From a virus: a DNA stretch of 64,000 nt. Below the pieces are notes generated by a model that saw only the letters and a list, made by a program, of their open reading frames with translations, did no database searches and was not told where the DNA came from. The translations under genes and the position numbers were made by a program. Position 1 is the stretch's first letter, and each line of letters opens with the position of its first letter. The stretch is taken from IMG/VR virus record IMGVR_UViG_3300025842_000008; one strand, given 5' to 3'. Below are positions 38,448-47,883 of this stretch, in pieces.

Positions 38448-39020
38448 TTATACATAGTTCCTTTTCTTACCGTGTTTATAGTCAATCAACTCATCAGGGG
38501 CGGTTATACCTTCGCCATTTAATAAATCATCCTTTTCTAAATTTAATTTCACTTTCTTTGGTCTCCAACCCACTACATCAACCCCGAAATTGTAATATGG
38601 GTCACCGTAATCATGTTTATGGGAATGACCATGTAGATTATATCGTACTCCAAGGGCAGTCAAATACTCGGCTTCTTGGGGTCTGTGACTGAAACAGTAC
38701 ATACCCATTGACCACCTGTGTTTGAATACACGTGTAAATCCTACATCCAAGAACCATTGTTTTCCTTTACGGTCATGGTTACCCATAATGAGAATCTTCG
38801 TTCCATTCAATTGTTGGGTAATTTCGGTAATTTGTTCTTTCGTACCACCACAGATATAGTCACCCAAATGGATAACAATATCATTAGGTGTTACTACACT
38901 ATTCCACTCTTCAATACCAAACTGGTGCATTTCATCCAAATTAGCAAAGGTTCGGTTGCAATACTTGATAATATTCGTGTGGAATAGATGATGATCAGAA
39001 CTAAAAAAACACTCAACCAT
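38448..39020 (-). CDS. Metallophosphoesterase
   Basis: SDHH..HTNI, HLGD, GNHD, HGHSH. Confidence 0.9.
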   Translation of the reverse strand: MVECFFSSDHHLFHTNIIKYCNRTFANLDEMHQFGIEEWNSVVTPNDIVIHLGDYICGGTKEQITEITQQLNGTKILIMGNHDRKGKQWFLDVGFTRVFKHRWSMGMYCFSHRPQEAEYLTALGVRYNLHGHSHKHDYGDPYYNFGVDVVGWRPKKVKLNLEKDDLLNGEGITAPDELIDYKHGKKRNYV

Positions 39021-39078
39021 GATTTTTATATACCCTATCTTTAGAGTAATGACCCAAAGAACACTCCATTCTCTTTAG

Positions 39079-39294
39079 TTATTTTTTTCCAATCTTACCA
39101 ACAACTTGTGCTTTGGAACACAGAAGAATGTCCAGAAGGTTACGATAGGAACGGGCGAATGCTTCTTGATCGTTTGCCTCGGATTCGGAAATCTTGTCAC
39201 GCAGTTCTTGCTCAGTCTCACGGTGACGTTTAATGTCAGCCTTGAGTCCTTTCGTTTCTTCGAAAAAATATCTCCGTTTCATAACTTCCTCCAA
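39079..39294 (-). CDS. Small hypothetical protein
   Basis: ORF track. Confidence 0.6.
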   Translation of the reverse strand: MEEVMKRRYFFEETKGLKADIKRHRETEQELRDKISESEANDQEAFARSYRNLLDILLCSKAQVVGKIGKK

Positions 39295-39366
39295 TAAAAA
39301 AGCCGTGATAGAACCTCATTACAAGGAATTGTACCACGGCATTTATGTCAACGTCAAGGGTAAAAT

Positions 39367-39897
39367 TTAGTATTCGATAAAAGGTCCAACCACCATCAAT
39401 TTTTTAAGATGTTCCCACATATGAACTTCAACGTCATGATATTCATCAGCGGGTTTCATTTTAGGTATAAAGGTTTCCATAAAATAAGGAAATTCTTTGG
39501 CATACATACCAAATTTTTCTTGGCTATCATGCATTGTCATAGTGACGTTAACAATACGATCAGCAAGTTTTACCAACCTTGCATAATGATCTTCTGCCAA
39601 TAAGGGATATGTTAGTCCTTGCCGTTCCTTACGATTCTTTCCCTGTTTATCGGTCAACAGATAAGTTAGATTTGCTATTTGAGTACCAAACTCACCTTCT
39701 ATGTCCTCAAAAACAACCATTGTATCCTCAATGGTGTCATGTAACCATGCTACCATGAGAACCTTTTCATCAAAGACTCCAAATGTCACCAAAACGTTGT
39801 AAACATCATTCAAATGTTTAGAGTAGGGATAGTTTTTCCCGTATGTATCGCCCTCATGAGCCTTTAATGCGAATTTTTTTGCCCTAAGTACCATCAT
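39367..39897 (-). CDS. HD-domain protein, small alarmone hydrolase (SpoT/Mesh1-like)
   Basis: AHEG..YSKHL..AWLHDTIEDT..VKLADRIVN. Confidence 0.85.
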   Translation of the reverse strand: MMVLRAKKFALKAHEGDTYGKNYPYSKHLNDVYNVLVTFGVFDEKVLMVAWLHDTIEDTMVVFEDIEGEFGTQIANLTYLLTDKQGKNRKERQGLTYPLLAEDHYARLVKLADRIVNVTMTMHDSQEKFGMYAKEFPYFMETFIPKMKPADEYHDVEVHMWEHLKKLMVVGPFIEY

Positions 39898-39941
39898 AGA
39901 CTCCTCTATCCCGACCTCAACTAAATAGTATCACAAAAACC

Positions 39942-40157
39942 TTAAACAATCAAGGTCGATTCTTTATCGGATAACGATTTTACTGCATCGGATTCTTCAA
40001 TACTGGTACCACAATTCATACAAATATAAGTACTTCCTACAGGAGCAATCCCCGCTTTACCTGTCTGACTAACCACAGCTGACACCTTAGCAAACATGAT
40101 AATCTCGTTCCATGCCTCACTCTCACAGTTACCACATTTTACCATTTCTGGTTCCAT
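39942..40157 (-). CDS. Zn-ribbon hypothetical protein
   Basis: CGNC..CMNCG. Confidence 0.65.
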   Translation of the reverse strand: MEPEMVKCGNCESEAWNEIIMFAKVSAVVSQTGKAGIAPVGSTYICMNCGTSIEESDAVKSLSDKESTLIV

Positions 40158-40303
40158 ACAAATTCTCCTTATTTTTATTTAAAATTTCCAAAACTCATGA
40201 CTTGTCCATTTTATTGGTATCAAACCATGCATACAATGAAAAATCATCAACATGAAGCAACGAAAAGATACTTTAAAATTGGCCCTCATGTGTTCAAAAT
40301 AAT

Positions 40304-41029
40304 TCATTTTTCTTCCATTTTTAATTCTTCATCATAATCCAAACGAGTATGATATATCCCGTCCAGTTCTCGCGTCAATCTCTGCTGCACCTGTCTTAAA
40401 GTTCCAACCTTCATTTCATCTAATTGTTGATCATCCCTTAATCTATCAATTGTATCCTTGACAACTTTTTTCTTTGCTTCGGGTGTGATTAATTTATCAG
40501 CAACAGAACGAGCGGTTGCCTCTACTGCATCAACAATCATTAGGATGGATGAATATTCGTTTGATGGTTTCTTACATCTATACCTGAAAGAATCTTCACT
40601 TTTACTTGATGATTTTTTGAATATCGATTTCAACAAACAATCCCCGTGATGTTCTGATATAATTTCAAGAACATTTTTAGGCATATCAGTCTCATTGATT
40701 AATATTAACAAACTATCTGATACATGTCGTGTTATTAACTGATATGAAATATGCGGTTCAAGATTATCATGAGGGTTTCCTTCACCATTTTGATTTTCGG
40801 TGAAATATTTAGGATTCATCATCTTACCAATATCATGATAGTATGCACACACTCTCATAAGGGTGGCATCTAGACCAAGATCAGATACAACTGATTCCGA
40901 TAAATCAGCAATGTTCATTGAGTGCCTAAACGTCCCCGGTGCAGCACTTTTAAATTTATTTAACAATGGATGATCAGAGTCAAGATATTGTTTTAAATTT
41001 GATATATCTATTTCTTGCTCATCAGACAT
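40304..41029 (-). CDS. Stand-alone HDIG phosphohydrolase (PgpH/YqfF-type HD domain)
   Basis: APGTFRHS, YYHDIGKM.NPKYFTENQ, NPHD, EHHG, DAVEA. Confidence 0.88.
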   Translation of the reverse strand: MSDEQEIDISNLKQYLDSDHPLLNKFKSAAPGTFRHSMNIADLSESVVSDLGLDATLMRVCAYYHDIGKMMNPKYFTENQNGEGNPHDNLEPHISYQLITRHVSDSLLILINETDMPKNVLEIISEHHGDCLLKSIFKKSSSKSEDSFRYRCKKPSNEYSSILMIVDAVEATARSVADKLITPEAKKKVVKDTIDRLRDDQQLDEMKVGTLRQVQQRLTRELDGIYHTRLDYDEELKMEEK

Positions 41030-41186
41030 AAGTTCTCCTTTATATTAACACCACTAAAATTGAATAAATTTATCCTTTATTATAATAATAAAAGTATATT
41101 ATAAGTAAAGGTGTTAACTTAATATAGACAAAAAATAGCTACACCCCCCACATCTGGTACAATGGGGGGTATGTGCTTTTTTGCAT

Positions 41187-41378
41187 TTAGTCGGATTTAC
41201 GATAAAATACGTGATAAAAGTCCTGCTCCACTTGAATTGTTATAACATCTTGAGATGAAACTCCTAATTGTCTAAGTTTATCATTAATTTCCCCGACAAT
41301 AATGGGTGGTTTTCTTGAATTTCCTTGAGAATTAAAAACTGGAACACCAAATGCTGCAATTGACATACTACACCTCAC
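41187..41378 (-). CDS. Small hypothetical protein
   Basis: ORF track. Confidence 0.5.
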   Translation of the reverse strand: MRCSMSIAAFGVPVFNSQGNSRKPPIIVGEINDKLRQLGVSSQDVITIQVEQDFYHVFYRKSD

Positions 41379-41431
41379 ACTTTATTTTATTTTTGCTGCT
41401 TGTTCTTTTATTTATATCTTTGAATAATGCA

Positions 41432-41623
41432 CTACACATCAATAAAAGGCTTACCACATTCAGGGCAAAAGTAAACAGTCTCACGTCTTAAATATCCACT
41501 CTCGTAAGTTCTTTCTGCTTTAATATCATTGGACAGAGTAAATAACTCACCGGAATCACCTTCAACCACTTTTAGGTTTTTACTATCCCAGCCATCTTTG
41601 TAGTCACAATAAGGATATTTCAT
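41432..41623 (-). CDS. Small hypothetical protein
   Basis: ORF downstream of a TTGACA-17-TATTTT promoter. Confidence 0.55.
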   Translation of the reverse strand: MKYPYCDYKDGWDSKNLKVVEGDSGELFTLSNDIKAERTYESGYLRRETVYFCPECGKPFIDV

Positions 41624-41800
41624 ATTATAAATCCCTTTCAGTTTGCCATTATATTGATTTAACCATAAAATATCATATCAACACTGTCTTGTCAAGTTTG
41701 CCATTTGCCAAGAGATTGACCTTTTCACACATATTACATCTGATTTAGTGTTTAGTGTCCCGAAGAATACCCCGGAAATAGGTGTTATAAATATTAATTG

Positions 41801-42319
41801 TAGGGAAGACCTCTGGAACTCCTTAGATTTCTAGTCTCTTGACTTTAGTTTCTGGTTGTTCCAGAACCTTCTTAGCGAAGGTCACTGTAAGAACACCATC
41901 TTCAAACTTTGCTTGTGCAGTATCTGGATCATGAAAATCACCTAAATTATACTGCTTTGTGAAAGAACGTCTCGCAAACTTTCTGATGATGTACTTGTTG
42001 TCTGTCTCATCGGTCAACTTCTCTGCCTTTACAGTCAGAACATTGTCCTCAACTTCTGCGACAACTTCTTCTTTTTTGAACCCAGCTAAAGCGAACTCAA
42101 AGTTCAATACCTCATCCTTATCAACAAAAACGTTGCATACAGGATAACTATTTTGCTGAGTGAGGGGAGCCACGTTGCCAAATACGTGATCAAAAATCCT
42201 CTCAAAATCGTTAAACATGGACAATTGGTTAATTCGTCCTACTGGCATAAGGTCTTTTCTCATAATAAGCACCTCCATCTCCTTTAGATTTAAGCGAGAT
42301 TCGGCAGAGGTCTTCCCTA
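41801..42319. repeat. Perfect 15-bp inverted repeat flanking hsp20
   Basis: TAGGGAAGACCTCTG (41801-41815) / CAGAGGTCTTCCCTA (42305-42319). Confidence 0.9.
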
Positions 42320-42323
42320 ACAC
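41823..42323 (-). CDS. Hsp20 small heat-shock protein (likely start 42263)
   Basis: ALAGF, RSFTKQY, AKFEDGVLTV alpha-crystallin motifs. Confidence 0.92.
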   Translation of the reverse strand: MLGKTSAESRLNLKEMEVLIMRKDLMPVGRINQLSMFNDFERIFDHVFGNVAPLTQQNSYPVCNVFVDKDEVLNFEFALAGFKKEEVVAEVEDNVLTVKAEKLTDETDNKYIIRKFARRSFTKQYNLGDFHDPDTAQAKFEDGVLTVTFAKKVLEQPETKVKRLEI

Positions 42324-42361
42324 TATTTATATCACAAAAACAAATTATTAATAAAAATTAA

Positions 42362-43156
42362 TCATTTTTTTTTTTCATATTCTTCCGCATATCTTCCAGC
42401 CATCATTGCATTAGAACCCGAACTAAACCCCAATCCTTCATATAATTCAATTCCTTCGAATATCAAAGGTCTACCGTTAACACGTGATGTGTAAAATGGT
42501 GAATCATATCCAACTTTACCTCTATTAAATATCATCTTTTGTCCTATTTTTGTGTCATTATTAGGACAATTATTAGTACCAACCAAATAAGCTTTATCTT
42601 TGTTCTGGATTGACCCTTTTGGTACAAACAGAATAGTATCTTGTTCATACTTTTTACCAAGACGAATCAAGTCATTCTCAAGAGTACCTTTATTGTCAAA
42701 ATCGACCACAAAGAATGATATCTCCTTTGTAGAAACACCACCCTCAAGATAAGACCCGACAAGTTTTGTGGCACCTTTATACCCCATTTTTATGAGGTCT
42801 GCCATGAGTGCCTTATTTCTCTTGTCATTTTCTTTTCTTGTTATCCTCACAGGCGGTTTATCGGGGTAACATGGTTGTTTGTTATCCATATATCCACAAT
42901 TAGTGTATAACCTAAACGCAGTAATTCCACCACAATCGTGTTCTTCATTATGTTTCCATAATCTACTCAATGAACTCTCTATCAGATATTCTCTAATTCC
43001 CATTGATTTGCCTATTGGTTTATTATTCAACTTTTTGTTCAGAAAAATGTCTAACTGATCGCATTTCTGTCGGAGTGTGGTCAAGTATCGTTCTAATCCT
43101 ATTCTGGATTGACTCAAACACGAAAGGTCTACCGTTAACTTTTGAATAAAACTCAC
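42362..43156 (-). CDS. DUF3293-like protein, paralog 2 (true start MGIREYLIESS, about 43003)
   Basis: ESSLSR..H..G.ITAFR..N..L..G.Y.E..E.SF..LG..QD. Confidence 0.65.
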   Translation of the reverse strand: MSFIQKLTVDLSCLSQSRIGLERYLTTLRQKCDQLDIFLNKKLNNKPIGKSMGIREYLIESSLSRLWKHNEEHDCGGITAFRLYTNCGYMDNKQPCYPDKPPVRITRKENDKRNKALMADLIKMGYKGATKLVGSYLEGGVSTKEISFFVVDFDNKGTLENDLIRLGKKYEQDTILFVPKGSIQNKDKAYLVGTNNCPNNDTKIGQKMIFNRGKVGYDSPFYTSRVNGRPLIFEGIELYEGLGFSSGSNAMMAGRYAEEYEKKK

Positions 43157-43667
43157 CTTTCTTGCCGAACATTGACTTTCCTAGTTTATTCTCAACACCA
43201 ATTCTACCGTTACCGGGATACCCATTAGGACATTCATTAGTAGAAATGATGTAGTATTCGCCAGATGACTTACTATAAGTAATGGAGTCTTGGTCGAACT
43301 CTGTACCTAAAGATATCAAATCATTTTTTAATGTTCCTTTGTCCTTCAAATCAATAACAAGAAATGATTCCTCTTTAACAGGTACTTCATTATCTGAACC
43401 ATAATTCTCTATATAAGTACCTTTAATCTTAGTGATACCATATCCCATTCTTTCTAGTCTGGATGCCAGAATATTGTTTCTCTTCTGTTTCTCGGATTTC
43501 GTATACTTCACACCATCCCCACAATCTCTTGCGTCACGATATGCAGATATAGTACCAGAATCGTGTTCTTGGGTCTGTCTCCAAACCCTTGACAACGAAG
43601 ATTCATTAAGTGCGTTAATATCACATCTTGCAAACTCTTCGCCTATTAAATGTTCTCTGATTCCCAT
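43023..43667 (-). CDS. DUF3293-like protein, paralog 1
   Basis: Same motif set as the adjacent gene (ESSLSRVW, ISAYR, EESF, LGTEFDQDSI). Confidence 0.7.
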   Translation of the reverse strand: MGIREHLIGEEFARCDINALNESSLSRVWRQTQEHDSGTISAYRDARDCGDGVKYTKSEKQKRNNILASRLERMGYGITKIKGTYIENYGSDNEVPVKEESFLVIDLKDKGTLKNDLISLGTEFDQDSITYSKSSGEYYIISTNECPNGYPGNGRIGVENKLGKSMFGKKGEFYSKVNGRPFVFESIQNRIRTILDHTPTEMRSVRHFSEQKVE

Positions 43668-43689
43668 TATTCCCTATTTTCTCCCACCT

Positions 43690-44268
43690 TCATCGTTTTC
43701 TAATATCCACTCTATTGAACCAACCACGAGCATACTTCTCCTGTTTGGGAGATTTTGTCATATATTCAATATAGTGATTACCTTGTAAAATATTTATTAT
43801 CTTACATAGTAATTCTTCACTATCAGTTTGTAAATATGTATAAAGATATTTATGTGTTGTTGATCCATATCCACCATCAACAACCATATCTGGATACAGT
43901 TCGCCGTTTCTATTAAGAACGTTTAACCCGATTTGCATAAACTTTACCGCACGACCTACCCCCATGTTAACACTGGTATCAAACATCTCCAAAGCCAACA
44001 TTTTAGGCATATCATCGCCACAATATGGGTCAAAGTACCTCTCTTTATAATACCGTTTAACATCTTCTTGTAAAGTTTCAGAAAATTCAAGACACTTTGG
44101 AAAATCGAAATTGGATCTCACATAATCAATGTGATCCCAACCTATCCAAGATGGGTTGTATACCCTAGAAATTCCCTTATATGTCTCACCACCAACATCA
44201 TCTTCATCAAATGAGTATCCACCCTCATGTGACATTGTTATTGCATACGCATCCCAAAAGTAACTCAT
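43690..44268 (-). CDS. Endolysin, glycoside hydrolase family 108
   Basis: HEGGYS.D..DVGGETYKGI, FDTSVNMG, GWFNR; TATAAATA at 44296-44303. Confidence 0.92.
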   Translation of the reverse strand: MSYFWDAYAITMSHEGGYSFDEDDVGGETYKGISRVYNPSWIGWDHIDYVRSNFDFPKCLEFSETLQEDVKRYYKERYFDPYCGDDMPKMLALEMFDTSVNMGVGRAVKFMQIGLNVLNRNGELYPDMVVDGGYGSTTHKYLYTYLQTDSEELLCKIINILQGNHYIEYMTKSPKQEKYARGWFNRVDIRKR

Positions 44269-44303
44269 ATTCTACCTCCAATTACACATCGAAGGTATTT
44301 ATA

Positions 44304-44567
44304 TTACTTTTTTGGTTTATGACAAAATTTACACTTATCTGGTAATAAGTTCGGGTCATGACACGACTGACAAAACGCATGAGTTCTTTCTGCGGCACCA
44401 AACCCACCCATCATACCACCATGAGGGTTATGACAAGTCATACACCCCATTATTGACGTGTGAGGTTGATGTGGAAAATCCACAGGACCCCTTTTTGTCG
44501 ATATTGTTGAGGAAAAACAAAACTCTGATATCAATACCAACAACAGAGTCATAATTATTTTTTTCAT
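44304..44567 (-). CDS. Secreted tri-heme c-type cytochrome (c3/c7-like)
   Basis: Signal peptide; F-P-H-x2-H; CMTCH, CQSCH and CKFCH. Confidence 0.88.
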   Translation of the reverse strand: MKKIIMTLLLVLISEFCFSSTISTKRGPVDFPHQPHTSIMGCMTCHNPHGGMMGGFGAAERTHAFCQSCHDPNLLPDKCKFCHKPKK

Positions 44568-44863
44568 TTTTTATGGCATCCAGTACAAATAGTCGGGGCG
44601 GTCTTGGTTTTATCTGCCTTATGACAAACTTTACAAACCTTGTGACCAACATCCTTATTCATTCCAACTTCGGTGAACTGATTGACCCACTCATGACAGG
44701 CGTCACAACTGTCACCTTTCACTGAATGAGACAAGTGATTGAATGTAACTTCACCCTTGCTGGTCGGATAGACCTTGGTGAAATTTGGTGAACCTAATTC
44801 CGCATAAGCGAAGCTTGCACAGAACAACATTAAAACGATTAACAATACTTTTTTCATAAACAA
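44564..44863 (-). CDS. Secreted tri-heme cytochrome c7 (PpcA-like)
   Basis: Signal peptide (AYA); VTFNHLSH; CDACH, GHKVCKVCH and CTGCHKK. Confidence 0.9.
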   Translation of the reverse strand: MFMKKVLLIVLMLFCASFAYAELGSPNFTKVYPTSKGEVTFNHLSHSVKGDSCDACHEWVNQFTEVGMNKDVGHKVCKVCHKADKTKTAPTICTGCHKK

Positions 44864-44955
44864 ATCTCCTTTGTGTTAGTGTTACCTTTATTTAACACTG
44901 TTTGATACCCGATATCACTATACATCTACCTACATTTAGATAGTTATTTTATTTA

Positions 44956-45031
44956 TGGTGGGCCCTGCAGGATTCGAACCTACGACAACCCGGTTATGAG
45001 CCGGGGGTTCTACCAACTGAACTAAAGGCCC
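44956..45031 (-). tRNA. tRNA-Ile2/Met (CAT)
   Basis: Full cloverleaf with CCA; acceptor resembles the lysidine-type Ile2. Confidence 0.9.
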
Positions 45032-45048
45032 GTAAATAATATTATGAA

Positions 45049-45255
45049 TTATTTTAATGCAACTCCAACCACCTTTTTAATAATTGATTTAAATCCGTCC
45101 CAATCGTTTTCTTTAATAAATAATTCCATTTTAATTATCTCTGCTTTGGTAGCTTTACCGTAAAACTTGACCATTTCCTCAAAACCGATATTACCGTGAT
45201 AAGCAGCTTCATTCATCTGATCTGGTGCTAAAATAAAATTTTGCAATTTTGACAT
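45049..45255 (-). CDS. Small hypothetical protein
   Basis: ORF track. Confidence 0.6.
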   Translation of the reverse strand: MSKLQNFILAPDQMNEAAYHGNIGFEEMVKFYGKATKAEIIKMELFIKENDWDGFKSIIKKVVGVALK

Positions 45256-45374
45256 ATATTTCTCCTGTTCTACGGATAAAGATTTACGTCAACACATCAC
45301 GCTCGATATGTTTTAATAATTCCCTTGTACCATTCAGTGGTTGTGCGTTATAAACATTCATCACAATATTCACA

Positions 45375-45468
45375 TGGAGGAAGGTTACGGACTTGAACCG
45401 TATCCGTGGTATCAGCACGAACTCATTGATTTCCAATCAAGACTAGTATCCTATCTAGGTAAACTTCC
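45375..45468 (-). tRNA. tRNA-Ser (GGA)
   Basis: Long variable arm, CCA. Confidence 0.9.
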
Positions 45469-46152
45469 TTAGATTGATTCTATACAATATGTACTGTAAC
45501 ATTTTTCACAGACGTAATGTTCTGTGATATACGGTTCCACTCCTGCGGTATACACCAAGAACCCATTCTTAAAAAACTCTTTCGTGTTCTCTTTATGAGG
45601 ATTACAGTGAGGACAAGGACGTTCATACTTGCTAATGTATTTCGGGTGACCACTCTCTACCTCTTCGGTAGGATAGGTCTTCAAGCAACACCCACAACGA
45701 TAACCATCGTGTTCTTCCTGCCAGTAAATATGACAAGGACAATCATCATCAGGACATACAAGACCTGTCTTGTGACCATCTTCAAGGTATTTGATTTGTG
45801 CTTTCATACCCTCATAACGGTCTTTCCTGACAATGAGGACATTATCTTTGTGTGCCCAACCATCAAAATGACCATCATGAATCTTGACATAATCCTCTGG
45901 ACCATCAGGTAACACTTTATCCCATTCTCCATCAGTAGGCGCAGGCATCCAATGAGTTACGTCATCAGTCAGAAACCCCTTCTTACCGTAGAAACAGTCA
46001 CCATATACAGGTTCAGTACCCTCTTCAAACATTTCCCTTGGATACTCTTTTCTTAAATATCTGCCTTTATAAACACCCAAAACATCGAAAAAATAGAACA
46101 CATCTTGTCCATCTTCGGGTTTCTGATCTTTAATGCGAATCCAATTATTCAT
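45469..46152 (-). CDS. DUF551-like domain protein with a C-terminal Zn cluster
   Basis: WIRIKDQKPE..VTHWMP; several CxxC. Confidence 0.7.
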   Translation of the reverse strand: MNNWIRIKDQKPEDGQDVFYFFDVLGVYKGRYLRKEYPREMFEEGTEPVYGDCFYGKKGFLTDDVTHWMPAPTDGEWDKVLPDGPEDYVKIHDGHFDGWAHKDNVLIVRKDRYEGMKAQIKYLEDGHKTGLVCPDDDCPCHIYWQEEHDGYRCGCCLKTYPTEEVESGHPKYISKYERPCPHCNPHKENTKEFFKNGFLVYTAGVEPYITEHYVCEKCYSTYCIESI

Positions 46153-46549
46153 TAGCCTTTGCTTTCAGATCTGCAATAGTGTCTTCCAGACGTTTAAGTT
46201 CTGCGTCAATCATTCGCTTCAATGCTTGCGCTTCACCTAAAGACAGTGCCGCATAATCATTGTAGGTCATTTCCTTCAATTTTTTACTTATCACGTGTTT
46301 GTCTCCCTATATCCCACGAATAGTGTTTCTCGTATTCATCAAAGAAATCGTATGGGTTTTTGTTACAATTTGACCTTTTTCTCCGAAACTTAAACATCAT
46401 CATATCCTTCTTGACCTAAATCCTGTATCTGTTTTACGAGTTTATCAATCCGTTTCTGTTGATAATCCCATGCTTCACGACTTTCAGAATCCTTAAAGAT
46501 TCCTACTTCGTCTGCCCATTCATCGTATGTCATAAGTTTCCTTTAATTT

Positions 46550-46622
46550 TGGTAGCGGTGAAGGGAATCAAACCCTTACTGAACACCTTATGAGAGTGTC
46601 ATCAGTATCAACTGTCACCGCT
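46550..46622 (-). tRNA. Non-canonical tRNA (CAT) with a 4-nt D-loop
   Basis: AGCGGTG/CACCGCT acceptor, CAGT-TGAT-ACTG D-arm, CT-CAT-AA loop, CCA. Confidence 0.7.
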
Positions 46623-46648
46623 TCAATTTCTATAACTATAATCTTATC

Positions 46649-47302
46649 CTATTCAAACAATTCTGTCAATGACGGAAATTGTTCCAACAAGATAACCTTG
46701 ATTTCCTGTGCTATCACCCTATGTTCCTTCTGTGTTGCGTCATCACAACGTAGGATACAATAGTGGATAAAGGAGCGTATATCCCCTGTGAGGTACAATG
46801 TCGTTTTGGTCAACCCTTCAGGAAGAACCTTCCTTGCGACCTCTTTAGCGATACCTTTTGCCAAGGCTGCTTGATATAGCTCGACCGCACTGTCACGAAG
46901 ACGTGCTTGATTCAGTGTCCACCAATCCTGTAGCCCTTTGTCATGAACTTCGATAGAACTCTGTCGGTTCTTCTTGTCCTGTAGACGTGCCTCGGATAGT
47001 TCAAACGAATCCTCTGTGACCTCTGCATACCTTTGTGAGAATTCCTGAAACTTGCATGACTTGTGACGGATGATCTGCCTACCAATTTCTCTGGTACATT
47101 TAATTTCCATGGTCATACTGGCAGTTTCAAAGATCGACCAATGTGCGTGATCAGCACAATATTTCAACAGTTTCCCCGCAGTTTTGTGGTTTGCTTGATT
47201 GTTAGGGTTTGATACCCTTGCAACATAAGCAATCAATTCCTCTGCCGTTTCACACTCTTCAATAACAGGTTTCGTTATCGCAACAAGTTTAACACTACTC
47301 AT
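46649..47302 (-). CDS. thyX: Flavin-dependent thymidylate synthase
   Basis: HWSIFE, RH..FQEFSQRY, ARKVLP, QKEHR. Confidence 0.95.
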   Translation of the reverse strand: MSSVKLVAITKPVIEECETAEELIAYVARVSNPNNQANHKTAGKLLKYCADHAHWSIFETASMTMEIKCTREIGRQIIRHKSCKFQEFSQRYAEVTEDSFELSEARLQDKKNRQSSIEVHDKGLQDWWTLNQARLRDSAVELYQAALAKGIAKEVARKVLPEGLTKTTLYLTGDIRSFIHYCILRCDDATQKEHRVIAQEIKVILLEQFPSLTELFE

Positions 47303-47883
47303 GTATATCTCCCAATTAGACCTTCCAATAATCTATCCCTTTTCTTGTACAAAAAAGAAACGTCATCACCTGATTGCTCTCGGCTTACAAACGACCAATC
47401 ACTTAGATACTTTTCCACGGCAACATCAAGTATTTTTTTATAGAGTTTATCTCTTCCGGTATCGGTTCTAATTCTTATTTTATCATAACCAGATGTTTTC
47501 AAAAAGTCCAACGTTGTCTTAACTACCGTAGCAAAAACAACCTGTGAAGTTTTACCGTGAGTATGGGTTTTAACATTAAATCTATTCTGTGTAACGTTTA
47601 TAAAATGTACTTCTATCTCGTTTTTGACATTCTTTACAAAGAAAACCAAGAACATTTCGCCATTATCAACGAAAGTATACCCCCTAATATAGTCTATAGA
47701 CTTCTTTAAATCATCCCTAGCGTCATTATAATCTTGTTCAGACCAATCAGAATTATCCATCAAATCAGTCATCATCGTATAAAACTGGGAAGGAGTAACT
47801 TTTTTTGATAGTGTCGATGTTTTATTCAAGTCAAAACTTTCTAATATAGACAAAGATCCGTTAAATTCTTCAAAATTATTCAT
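47299..47883 (-). CDS. Hypothetical protein
   Basis: 194 aa ORF; QVVFATV..RDKLY motif seen in large-phage proteins. Confidence 0.65.
   Translation of the reverse strand: MNNFEEFNGSLSILESFDLNKTSTLSKKVTPSQFYTMMTDLMDNSDWSEQDYNDARDDLKKSIDYIRGYTFVDNGEMFLVFFVKNVKNEIEVHFINVTQNRFNVKTHTHGKTSQVVFATVVKTTLDFLKTSGYDKIRIRTDTGRDKLYKKILDVAVEKYLSDWSFVSREQSGDDVSFLYKKRDRLLEGLIGRYT

Noticed and set aside
43023-43156. Frameshift fusion of the two DUF3293-like ORFs
   Set aside because: The overlap is only an upstream in-frame extension; the second gene has its own MGIREY start and both paralogs are complete
46550-46622. Pyrrolysine tRNA
   Set aside because: The anticodon is CAT, not CTA, and no pyl genes are present
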